A stretch of 32,000 nt of DNA from Vibrio sp. Y2-5 (GCF_014596725.1 NZ_JACVEG010000008.1:1-32000), one strand, 5' to 3'. Counted from the first letter of the stretch, positions 1-7,758 are shown. Translations and numbers: made by a program. The notes: generated by a model not told the origin, from the sequence alone.

Positions 1-275
1 AGGGATTGAAGGGGGAATTTGGCAAAAAGACATAGTTGTCGTTCACAACGATTTCCCATTTCCTCTTGATTGTCTCAAAACTGTAGCAAACATCTAAGCT
101 ATATATACCAAGGGATTGAAGGGGGAATTTGGCAAAAAGACATAGTTGTCGATCACAACGATTTCCCAATTCCTCTTACTTGTCTCAAAACTGTCGCAAA
201 CATTGAAACTATATATACCAAGGGATTGAAGGTAGAATTTGGCAAAAAGACATAGTTGTCGATCACAACGATTGT
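1..275. repeat. 110-bp tandem direct repeat, about 2.5 units (units start at 1, 111, 221); probably continues left of the window
   Basis: AGGGATTGAAGGGGGAATTTGGCAAAAAGACATAGTTGTCG recurs at 1, 111 and 221. The two full units differ at roughly 8 positions. Each unit carries the imperfect palindrome GTTGT-CGATC-ACAAC (a GATC in units 2 and 3; unit 1 has CGTTC) and ends in TATATATACCA. Confidence 0.9.
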
Positions 276-455
276 CAGAAGACCATATAGATTAATCGAT
301 TCCAATAAAGTTTGTTACTTTTCCTCTGTCAGTTCACTTGGCAAAGGTGAAGTGAACCAAGAATAGCAAGCACGTCTTTGCCCCAGTACTTGCAAAAGCA
401 TTTCCTGTTTGTCGTTTTAGAGGATAAGGACTGCAGGTTGTTTGTGTAAGCTATC

Positions 456-728
456 TTAGTTTACTGAACCTTTTCTACGAGCCTTTTCAGCTTTCTTTTT
501 AGCTTTAGCCTCCTTGTAAGCCGCTCTGTCCATTTCCTCTGCCAGTTCCCAATCTGATTTCACTTTCGGTTCGGGCGGTTGAATGAATTTTCCTCCGAAA
601 TACTTACCAAGACTGAAACCAAATTGTCTTGCAAGAGCGCCCACACCTAAACCCAAAAGGCGTGCCAGAAAGAACAAAACACCTTGCACCATGACATCAA
701 AAATTCTAAACACCCGGCTTACCCTCAA
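456..728 (-). CDS. small membrane protein with a Lys/Arg-rich C-terminal tail, function unknown
   Basis: 90-aa ORF with a hydrophobic N-terminal half (VLFFLARLLGLGVGALA) and a KAKKKAEKARRK tail. The track start at 728 is TTG; an in-frame ATG lies at 692. No clear SD for either. Confidence 0.45.
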   Translation of the reverse strand: MRVSRVFRIFDVMVQGVLFFLARLLGLGVGALARQFGFSLGKYFGGKFIQPPEPKVKSDWELAEEMDRAAYKEAKAKKKAEKARRKGSVN

Positions 729-950
729 TATTCATTTCAATAACTATTGATGGCTAGTATACACATTAAGCTATTGATGACTTGATGACTAATTGAACTG
801 TGATTGTTAAGGCGGAATGATGTGAGTACGAAAAGCAGCTAAAAGTCGTGTTTTTATGTCGATAAAATCATTGGTAAAGATGTCTCGTCGATCACTGGGG
901 TTGCCACTCACCCCCGAATGTTACTCAAAATCGATGCAAGCGTAGAAGCC

Positions 951-1007
951 TTATATAGTAAGGGATTGAAGATAGATTTACCCAAAAAGACATAGTTGTC
1001 GATCACA
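951..1007. repeat. dispersed fourth copy of the conserved core of the 110-bp repeat
   Basis: TTATATAGTA-AGGGATTGAAGATAGATTTACCCAAAAAGACATAGTTGTCGATCACA matches the junction plus first ~47 nt of the tandem units. It then diverges into a C8 tract (1008-1015). Confidence 0.8.
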
Positions 1008-1216
1008 CCCCCCCCTACTTTGGTTTCCATCCAAATTGACTATCTAGATGCTAAGTAGTACTCTCTAAACTTACCTTAAGGTATGTATGTCAAATCCTGA
1101 AAGACATTAAAACGGAAACGTCGAAAGACATTCATTTCAAATAAATCTATAGGTTAAATCCTACTTACCAATAAACCTTTTTGATTATGGATAATACTCC
1201 AATCATAGGTTCCCAC

Positions 1217-1243
1217 TGTCGAAAGACATATTTAATTAAGGAG
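1217..1243 (+). promoter_or_regulatory. GAAA mini-hairpin + AAGGAG module, copy A
   Basis: TGTC-GAAA-GACA (1217-1228), then TATTTAATT, AAGGAG (1238-1243), ATG at 1250. Confidence 0.7.
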
Positions 1244-1249
1244 TAATTC

Positions 1250-1516
1250 ATGGCTAGTCTAATTTGTAGCTGTTGTGGTAATGGTTTTCGCGGGAAACAA
1301 GATTCAGAACATGACCGCGGATTTGGCACCTGTAATAACTGTATTACTACAGTCATTGAACCATTGAACGAACGCTTCATTAAGCAAGGTAAAGACGCAC
1401 TGAAAAAAGCCTCAACACCTGAACGCTGGACACATTTTTGCAGCTGGAACAAAACCAAACAAGACAATTTTATTCTGATGCTATTTCAGAAAGGTGTTCT
1501 TAAATTTGGTTATTAA
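1250..1516 (+). CDS. small zinc-ribbon-like protein (CSCC ... CNNC), function unknown
   Basis: 88-aa ORF with a perfect AAGGAG 6 nt upstream of the ATG. Two Cys clusters near the N-terminus. The overlapping antisense ORF 1165..1467 lacks any RBS. Confidence 0.75.
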   Translation: MASLICSCCGNGFRGKQDSEHDRGFGTCNNCITTVIEPLNERFIKQGKDALKKASTPERWTHFCSWNKTKQDNFILMLFQKGVLKFGY

Positions 1517-1524
1517 CTAATAAA

Positions 1525-1547
1525 GCCGAAAGGCATTAAGCAAGGAG
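1525..1547 (+). promoter_or_regulatory. GAAA mini-hairpin + AAGGAG module, copy B
   Basis: GCC-GAAA-GGC (1525-1534), ATTAAGC, AAGGAG (1542-1547), ATG at 1557. Confidence 0.7.
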
Positions 1548-1556
1548 TAATATACA

Positions 1557-1988
1557 ATGAAAATTTCTAACGTATCGTTTTTGCCAACCCAAAGAGTACG
1601 CAATTTCCTAACCCAATTCATTCCAGAAGAACCTGGATGTTATGAATTGGCTTTAGCTGATGGAAACTATTCCATTGAACATCGCGGACATCGCCCTTGC
1701 AATTTCACGATAGAAAGAGGTAGCGATAATCAGTTGACGTTACACGAACTCGTTGAGTTCTGTGGTGCAGAGGGTGAATGTGCAATTGGAGGGCTAGTTG
1801 AAAGTAATCGATTCGATTTCTCCCTAAGAGCTTGTTATTTTGAGTTCGTTGGAAGATTAGCGATCGAGGCTCCATTCGAAACTGAAGTAAGTGATGTTTT
1901 TGACTTGTTTGCACAGAACATAGTTACCAACTATGAAATTGGTTCTTATGATCTCGTTTCGGTAAAGAAACTAGTTACGGGAGAGTAG
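1557..1988 (+). CDS. hypothetical acidic protein, 143 aa
   Basis: ORF with AAGGAG 9 nt upstream. No recognisable motifs. Confidence 0.75.
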   Translation: MKISNVSFLPTQRVRNFLTQFIPEEPGCYELALADGNYSIEHRGHRPCNFTIERGSDNQLTLHELVEFCGAEGECAIGGLVESNRFDFSLRACYFEFVGRLAIEAPFETEVSDVFDLFAQNIVTNYEIGSYDLVSVKKLVTGE

Positions 1989-2175
1989 CTTATGTTCAGC
2001 AAACGGCAGAGAACGCCATGTGCCATTTAATTAAGCGTGATACTAAAGGTGAGGTTTTAATGTGTACATTGACTCTAACAAAGAGTTAGGTGAACTCTTA
2101 ACAACTTCAGCTCAAAATTCGGCTGAAATTAAAATTGTCTACATGGTAAAAGTTGGAAATCGCTAAGCACATTCT

Positions 2176-2206
2176 GGTTTACGAAATATTTACGTAAACC
2201 ATTTTT
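2176..2206 (+). terminator. hairpin followed by ATTTTT (weak intrinsic-terminator-like or processing hairpin)
   Basis: GGTTTACG / CGTAAACC 8-bp stem (2176-2183 / 2193-2200), AT-rich loop, then ATTTTT. It sits 3 nt before module copy C. Confidence 0.4.
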
Positions 2207-2208
2207 AA

Positions 2209-2232
2209 CACTGAAAAGTGAAAATTAAGGAG
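2209..2232 (+). promoter_or_regulatory. GAAA mini-hairpin + AAGGAG module, copy C
   Basis: CACT-GAAA-AGTG (2209-2220), AAAATT, AAGGAG (2227-2232), ATG at 2238. Confidence 0.7.
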
Positions 2233-2237
2233 AAAAT

Positions 2238-2729
2238 ATGGAAATCATTTTAAATTCGAAAGGGACGATGCCCGTGCATAGATTCGTAGTCGATAAGGCA
2301 TACTTTCTTATGTACGGTCACTACGAGACAGTAACCATTTTAAGTGAAAATACAGAGCTAGTTGTGACAGGTGAGCAGCTTACTCCTATTGACGATTATA
2401 AAATGGATTACCCTAATGTGAGCTTTATCTCTCATGATGAATTCGATACTTTAAGTATTGAATATGAAGATATTCTAAAAACGCGGGTTAAACGTATCAG
2501 CCAAGAAGCCTACAATTTCATGATGGGTTATGTAGACGCAAGACCGACTATTATTGACGGTTTAACCTTCTTCATAACCGAACATGAAATCAGAGCAAAT
2601 TTGGTCAATTGGGTATGTTGTTTTAATAAAGTTTACTTTGAATTTATCGATGAAAAAAATCGCGAAAGCGACTACATCGTTGAACGAGCGAAACAAGAGT
2701 ACAAACGTGTTCTTGAAACTACAGAGTGA
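2238..2729 (+). CDS. hypothetical protein, 163 aa
   Basis: ORF with a strong SD. No recognised family. Confidence 0.75.
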   Translation: MEIILNSKGTMPVHRFVVDKAYFLMYGHYETVTILSENTELVVTGEQLTPIDDYKMDYPNVSFISHDEFDTLSIEYEDILKTRVKRISQEAYNFMMGYVDARPTIIDGLTFFITEHEIRANLVNWVCCFNKVYFEFIDEKNRESDYIVERAKQEYKRVLETTE

Positions 2730-2956
2730 GTGTTATGAGTAACTTAATCGATAGTAAGCAACTCGGTAAACTTATACACCTCCGTGACTCGGCCACCAGC
2801 GACATGTATAAGCTTGTAGCAAACCAGATGGTTAGCGCTATAAATGTAAAGGATGCTAATAGCTTCGAACAAGCAATTGGTGTTTTACAAGCTTTAAACT
2901 TATCTCCTGATGAGTTATTAAAGAAAATGGTTCTCATATTAAAAGAGAAAGCCTAA
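2726..2956 (+). CDS. hypothetical small helical protein, 76 aa
   Basis: GTG at 2726 overlaps the upstream TGA (GTGA coupling); an alternative ATG lies at 2735. Followed directly by a strong terminator. Confidence 0.6.
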   Translation: MSVMSNLIDSKQLGKLIHLRDSATSDMYKLVANQMVSAINVKDANSFEQAIGVLQALNLSPDELLKKMVLILKEKA

Positions 2957-2957
2957 T

Positions 2958-2988
2958 AAAAAAGCCCGCGTACATAGCGGGCTTTTTT
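2958..2988. terminator. bidirectional intrinsic terminator between convergent genes
   Basis: AAAGCCCGC / GCGGGCTTT stem (2961-2969 / 2977-2985), flanked by an A-run upstream and a T-run downstream. Confidence 0.85.
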
Positions 2989-2997
2989 CCTAAACTT

Positions 2998-4284
2998 CTA
3001 AAAACTATCTAATACTTTATCGATCAAATCAACCTCACCAACTCTGAAATCAACTTTCGTTGTCACGTACCGTTTGAATGCTGAGTAACTGTTATGGCCG
3101 CTATCTAACATAAGCTTCTCAGGCGACCTACCAGCGCTTAAGGCCAAACTTATACCGGTGTGCCTAGTTGAATGCGCGGACAACGAACGGAGTATATCTG
3201 CCTCTTCAAACTCTTCCATATCTTCAAGTCTCGATGCAGTAAAGTGGAATATTTCTTTTATCAAATTATAAATGGAATTAGAGGATAGGTTGGCATCAAC
3301 AATCCCAGCATCTCTGCCATGTGACGCGGGGCGGTGCCTTGTAAACAACGGGGAATTATCATTCGAGTCCGGATAATCAGTTAGACCTAAAAATCTTCTG
3401 TACCGTACCAATGCATCTACCAATTTTCTTGGACAAAGCACCTTACGAGAACGGCCTCGTTTAGCTCGTCTTATATGAAATACATACCTAAATTCATCGC
3501 CAACTCGAACCCTTATAAAATCTGACATTTTAGGAGAATATGTTGTTGAAGCCGAAACCTCACTGCGTCTTGGGAAAGCGAGAATCATTAAATACACAAG
3601 AAAACGTGTACGTTCATACTTATCTCGATTTTCCGAAGCCAAATCCTCTATTACATCAAGCAAAGTGGCTAACTGTAATATTGAGAGAGATCTATCAACT
3701 TCATCATGAGGCTTAACGTTATCTAATGAACCGATATTTAAACGTCTTAATACTAACGCCGCGGGATTATGGTCGCAGTACTCACAATCATTCAAATACG
3801 TATAAAAAGAACTAATTACTGATAATTGCTTTGCAATAGTAGCTTGGCTGCGCGAGTAGGGCATTTCAATACTCGGATTTTTAAATGGGCGCCAATCTGG
3901 GTTTAAAATAAATTCATCACGATACTTAGAATCCGTTAGTACTGTTCTTGGGGCGGCTTTCGCGATCAATTCTTGGGGCGGTGTATTACAAAAGAAAATA
4001 AATTGAGTCATTTCCTTCCTACGAATTGAACCAACTTCCAGTTTATGAGCCCAAACCCAATTCAAGAAACACACTAAATCTGTTCTGTAGCTGTCGTAGT
4101 TGTTTTTATTGCCCATTAACTCAGATAAAAAGTCTTCCGCCAGTTCGTATTCTTCCTGAGCTTCTGGTAATTCATTGAATAGGACTTGAAGAATTTCTCT
4201 TAATTCTGGGAGAACAACTTGTGAGTACGAATGAGGAAGGATTACTGGATAAAAATTGGATACTGAAAGTGGTGGGTACTGCAT
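2998..4284 (-). CDS. tyrosine site-specific recombinase (integrase or resolvase), 428 aa
   Basis: The C-terminal half carries the catalytic signature of the tyrosine recombinase family: AFPRRSEV (Arg I), AHSTRHTGIS (H-x-x-R) and GHNSYSAFKRYV (His/Tyr). ATG at 4284, 4 nt after the upstream stop. Confidence 0.85.
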   Translation of the reverse strand: MQYPPLSVSNFYPVILPHSYSQVVLPELREILQVLFNELPEAQEEYELAEDFLSELMGNKNNYDSYRTDLVCFLNWVWAHKLEVGSIRRKEMTQFIFFCNTPPQELIAKAAPRTVLTDSKYRDEFILNPDWRPFKNPSIEMPYSRSQATIAKQLSVISSFYTYLNDCEYCDHNPAALVLRRLNIGSLDNVKPHDEVDRSLSILQLATLLDVIEDLASENRDKYERTRFLVYLMILAFPRRSEVSASTTYSPKMSDFIRVRVGDEFRYVFHIRRAKRGRSRKVLCPRKLVDALVRYRRFLGLTDYPDSNDNSPLFTRHRPASHGRDAGIVDANLSSNSIYNLIKEIFHFTASRLEDMEEFEEADILRSLSAHSTRHTGISLALSAGRSPEKLMLDSGHNSYSAFKRYVTTKVDFRVGEVDLIDKVLDSF

Positions 4285-4288
4285 TCTA

Positions 4289-4723
4289 TTAATATCCTGT
4301 GGTTGGGATAACTCGCTTTGATGATGGGAATTGATAATAAGGTACGTCGAAACAAAATGTAACCGTGTTTCTAGGTGAATCAGGGATCCAATGGATGATA
4401 GTTTGGTTTTGATCGTTAATTATGGGGACAAGGCGAAACAAAGCTTTATCTGACACTCTGGTGACTAGTGGGTATGAATGGAACTGAGTTATTACAACTT
4501 CCATTAATTTATAACCGGCAACAATCCTCAAAACATCATTTGATTTAGGGTCGGAAGAGGGTTGTGGGACTTCTATTTGGCAAGAATCAAATTTCCCGAA
4601 ATGTTTAGCCAGTTGTGCTAGGCCGTCTAATAATTCAAGTTCTTTGGCCTTTTTAAACACCTCTACTTTCTGTGGGGTAGAGGTGTCAATTTGGACTTCG
4701 TACGTAACAGGTAACTCAGACAA
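4289..4723 (-). CDS. hypothetical protein, 144 aa, translationally coupled between the coiled-coil gene and the recombinase
   Basis: The only in-frame start near the 5' end is TTG at 4723, 1 nt after the upstream TAA. No recognised motifs. Confidence 0.6.
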   Translation of the reverse strand: MSELPVTYEVQIDTSTPQKVEVFKKAKELELLDGLAQLAKHFGKFDSCQIEVPQPSSDPKSNDVLRIVAGYKLMEVVITQFHSYPLVTRVSDKALFRLVPIINDQNQTIIHWIPDSPRNTVTFCFDVPYYQFPSSKRVIPTTGY

Positions 4724-4724
4724 G

Positions 4725-5903
4725 TTAAGAAGCTCGCTTCAATGGTTTTTTTTCAATTAGTAGTTTAGGTTTCAGTGCTAAACCTGCAGTTCTCGCCCTA
4801 GAGTAAATATTCTTACTGAAGTCTAAACTTGCATCTTCGATGACAGTTTTAATTCGATTATGAAATTCAGATAATGGCAGTGAAACAACTGAGAATAGAC
4901 TGGTAAATTTTGCCTGTTTCAATAATTGAACTTCTTCATCAGCGTTTCCATAGTTTGAAACGAAATCTACATGTTTAAGTGAATTAACATATTCCACGTA
5001 TCTAGGGTTAATAGCTGCTATCTGGTTCGAAAATGACTTGTGAATTTCCGTATTCAATTCAGGCGGCCAATCGTTATTAGACCCAATATTTGCAGGCACT
5101 ACTGGCGTTAAAAATTCCGTCATCGCGAGTATATAAGACACACCGGTACTCAATAGGACTTGGTAATGAAAATCCAATCCGTCATAAAGCTTTATCAGTT
5201 CAGCATCATGGATTGCAAGTTCTAGTGGGAACTTAAGGAAAAGTACTCTGTACGTAATTTCACTCTGTAGACCCTCATATGCGCAAACTTCATGGTCCCC
5301 ATTGGTCTTTTCTGACAATTTTTTTATCGAGATTTTTAAGTCAGCATTTTCAGATATCAATTTTGTTTGATCTTCAGTGATTTTCTTATGCTTTTTAAGC
5401 AAACGGTCGTAATCACGCTTCAGCTGTTTAGGTTTTAGATTTTGAAGTTCTTGGAACTCGGGCATTATCTTGTCGACTCTTGAAGCACGAGTCTGAGCAT
5501 CCGATAAGCTCCTTCTAACTTCTTTTAGCAGCTCATCTTTAGCAAATGAGCTATCTTCATATTTCTTCGTTGAAATAGAATGCTTCAGTTCCAGCTCACG
5601 ATATGCTTGCTGAAGTTCTTCAAGCTGGTCTGCTAATACTTTGCATTCCGAACCTAGTTTTTTTAAATCATTTATATTGGTGTTAATTTGCATCCCATTT
5701 TCGGAAATCGTGGTTCGTAATTCACTAACCACTTTAAGGTAGATATCAGCTTCGACCTTTAGTAAATCATAAATCTCTTTCCCTTTGGTCAAACAAATCT
5801 CTGCAAGGGCTATATTTCCATCTTTAATATAAGATTCAGCAGCTGCAATAGAACCATATGTATTCATTAATAAAGTTTGGAATGTTTTCGCATTGAAATC
5901 CAT
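4725..5903 (-). CDS. coiled-coil protein (about 392 aa) with a globular C-terminal domain, function unknown
   Basis: ATG at 5903 is preceded by AAGGAG (reverse complement of 5911-5916) with a 7-nt spacer. The track's TTG at 5942 is less likely. The central ~170 aa are heptad-like and rich in K/E/L/Q. Confidence 0.75.
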   Translation of the reverse strand: MDFNAKTFQTLLMNTYGSIAAAESYIKDGNIALAEICLTKGKEIYDLLKVEADIYLKVVSELRTTISENGMQINTNINDLKKLGSECKVLADQLEELQQAYRELELKHSISTKKYEDSSFAKDELLKEVRRSLSDAQTRASRVDKIMPEFQELQNLKPKQLKRDYDRLLKKHKKITEDQTKLISENADLKISIKKLSEKTNGDHEVCAYEGLQSEITYRVLFLKFPLELAIHDAELIKLYDGLDFHYQVLLSTGVSYILAMTEFLTPVVPANIGSNNDWPPELNTEIHKSFSNQIAAINPRYVEYVNSLKHVDFVSNYGNADEEVQLLKQAKFTSLFSVVSLPLSEFHNRIKTVIEDASLDFSKNIYSRARTAGLALKPKLLIEKKPLKRAS

Positions 5904-5987
5904 TAAACCCCTCCTTAAATTGATTGGTAGCAGTATATGCAAATGGGCATACGGTCAACCTTGTATGCCGAGGCAGTAAGGTTAGGA

Positions 5988-6016
5988 TTTACCGGCTTAA
6001 ATTTTAAACCTATAAT
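5988..6016 (+). promoter_or_regulatory. candidate sigma70 promoter for the FKBP gene
   Basis: TTTACC (5988-5993), 17-bp spacer, perfect TATAAT (6011-6016), about 40 nt upstream of ATG 6058. Confidence 0.4.
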
Positions 6017-6057
6017 ACACCAAATATATAACGCTTCACACAATTGTAGGACGCAGA

Positions 6058-6837
6058 ATGAGCTCTATTCACAAGAAATCTATAAATTGTAATTTCCGAA
6101 ACCTAAAATCCGGGAAATTTATGCGCTATGTGGCGTTATTTACAACTTGTTCATTGATTCCAATGACCGCTGCAGCAAATACACAAACCGAATCCACCGA
6201 AATTGCCGAAATTCCGAGTAACATGGAGAACGCTTCTTACAGTGTAGGGTATGAAGTAGGGCGAACTATTTCTGCATTGATTGAACAAACTGAATCAACA
6301 TCTACGGTTAAGTTCCAGAGAGAAAAGGTCATAGAAGGTGTCCGCGATGCAATTAGTAAATCTCCTAAGCTGACAAGAGAACAAATTGCTCGCCAATTAA
6401 CTTACCTCGATACGGTCACAAAGGATCTCAGCAAGACCAAAGAAGAATACCCGGATTATCAAGCGGGTATAAAAATTCAAGAATCAGCCAAGAAACAAAA
6501 AGGTGAAATGGCGACGGCTTCAGGATTACTTTACAGAGTAATTAAACCAGGGGTTGTAAAAATCAAACCCAGTATAAATAGTGTTGTTACATTGATCTAC
6601 GAGGGTCGATTAGGAAACGGTAGAGTTTTTGATTCTTCGAACTGGAGAAAGCAACCTTCAAGCTTTGTTGTTTCTGACCTTACACAAGGACTACAAGAAG
6701 GTGTTTTATTAATGACGGAAGGTAGCGAATATGAATTCGTAATAAAACCAGAACTTGCGTATAAGGATCAACCACAGCCTAACATCCCAGCTTATTCAAC
6801 ATTAATCTACCGAGTAAAACTGAGTAAAATAGATTAA
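6058..6837 (+). CDS. Mip/FkpA-like FKBP-type peptidyl-prolyl isomerase, probably periplasmic
   Basis: The C-terminal domain matches the FKBP pattern: LLYRVIKPG, VTLIYEGRLGNGRVFDSS, PSSFVV, QGLQEGVLLMTEGSEYEFVIKPELAY, IPAYSTLIYRVKL. A signal-peptide-like MRYVALFTTCSLIPMTAAA begins at the internal ATG 6121, which may be the true start. The usual VIxGW is replaced by LTQGL. Confidence 0.8.
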   Translation: MSSIHKKSINCNFRNLKSGKFMRYVALFTTCSLIPMTAAANTQTESTEIAEIPSNMENASYSVGYEVGRTISALIEQTESTSTVKFQREKVIEGVRDAISKSPKLTREQIARQLTYLDTVTKDLSKTKEEYPDYQAGIKIQESAKKQKGEMATASGLLYRVIKPGVVKIKPSINSVVTLIYEGRLGNGRVFDSSNWRKQPSSFVVSDLTQGLQEGVLLMTEGSEYEFVIKPELAYKDQPQPNIPAYSTLIYRVKLSKID

Positions 6838-6870
6838 TACTAAATAACCTTTTGCAAAACCTCTAAGACA

Positions 6871-6902
6871 AACCCCTATCTGACTTTAGATAGGGGTTTT
6901 TT
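6871..6902 (+). terminator. intrinsic terminator
   Basis: AACCCCTATCT / AGATAGGGGTT 11-bp stem with a 6-nt loop, followed by a T-run. Confidence 0.85.
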
Positions 6903-7045
6903 AGTTATCCGCAAACTTCTCTTGACTAGCAGGGGAGGGGTGCCATGTGGACATTATTTTGGACCAACATAAATAACGCAGCAAAGAGGGAAGCTGGAAA
7001 TGCCGCATATAAACAAGTAAATCCATTCCTCACACCTATAATCCC

Positions 7046-7417
7046 TTACTCCGAATACTTAATGTAAATGTCGCAAACTCTTTGAATATTTTGATCTATC
7101 TCGGATGGTAGAAATTCTAAGCAAGTATCACGATTTACATCGTGTGAAATATCACCTCCGCTATGCTGACGAAGCATGAGTTCCGTGAAATAAACTGGTG
7201 TATCAGAGTAGAAATCATCGTCCAGTCTAATGCGGAGGTAAGGATTATGATAGAGTTCGCCATTATCCCTCGTTGACCAAAAGAAGTTATCGTCACTATC
7301 GTCTAACTCTAAAACAGCTACATCGACACCCATATCGGCCAACCGTTTCAATACTAGCTTTGACACTTCGTTGGGTTCTCTTCTTGGCAATGCAAACTCT
7401 GCAACAACCGTTTTCAT
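7046..7417 (-). CDS. strongly acidic hypothetical protein, 123 aa
   Basis: ATG start. About 25 Asp/Glu versus 13 Lys/Arg by my count. DDSDD and DDD runs. Last gene of the rep-side operon. Confidence 0.7.
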   Translation of the reverse strand: MKTVVAEFALPRREPNEVSKLVLKRLADMGVDVAVLELDDSDDNFFWSTRDNGELYHNPYLRIRLDDDFYSDTPVYFTELMLRQHSGGDISHDVNRDTCLEFLPSEIDQNIQRVCDIYIKYSE

Positions 7418-7432
7418 ACTTTAATTCTCTCG

Positions 7433-7738
7433 TTAAAGCGCTTTAGGGATGTTGTTAGCATCCATGAACGCGCTGACCTTCTTCTCCAGTTGAATTGCAC
7501 TTGGTTCTGTTTCTAACGTGCTAAGCAATTCATTCACGTTTGAAATGCAGTCGGTATCAACGGTAACTATTTTCTTACCTGTACTTGAAATATGAGTACC
7601 ACATATCGTTTGTAATTGAAGTTCAACTAATGAATCGACCATGGCCGAACCAAACTCTTTAGCTACTGTCTCTGTAGTTGTAGCATTTGCTATCGATGCA
7701 GACATAACCAGAAGCGTTGATATAAATAGATTTTTCAT
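7433..7738 (-). CDS. small secreted protein, 101 aa, two Cys
   Basis: ATG start. N-terminal signal peptide MKNLFISTLLVMSASIANA. Confidence 0.7.
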   Translation of the reverse strand: MKNLFISTLLVMSASIANATTTETVAKEFGSAMVDSLVELQLQTICGTHISSTGKKIVTVDTDCISNVNELLSTLETEPSAIQLEKKVSAFMDANNIPKAL

Positions 7739-7758
7739 ACCGCTTTTGCTTCCCTTAA

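Noticed and set aside
70-255. 61-aa ORF in the track
   Set aside because: It lies entirely inside the 110-bp tandem repeats and simply reads through repeat units. It has no RBS and is almost certainly not coding.
2062-2166. 34-codon GTG ORF with an AAAGGTGAGG SD in the 250-bp gap after 1988
   Set aside because: It is short, has no recognisable features, and an ATG one base earlier opens a 9-codon frame. There is not enough evidence to call a gene.
2660-3062. Additional GAAA-loop hairpins: TCGC-GAAA-GCGA (2660-2671, plus strand) and CAAC-GAAA-GTTG (minus strand of 3051-3062)
   Set aside because: Both lie inside coding sequence and are not followed by the TTAAKY-AAGGAG-ATG context. They are consistent with the few chance occurrences expected and are not counted as module copies. 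The same applies to GTC-GAAA-GAC at 1120-1129, which has no SD.
6945-7070. 41-codon ORF with a GGAGGGG SD downstream of the FKBP terminator
   Set aside because: It overlaps the 3' end of the convergent 123-aa gene. It has no promoter I can support and no recognisable product. Possible, but unsupported.
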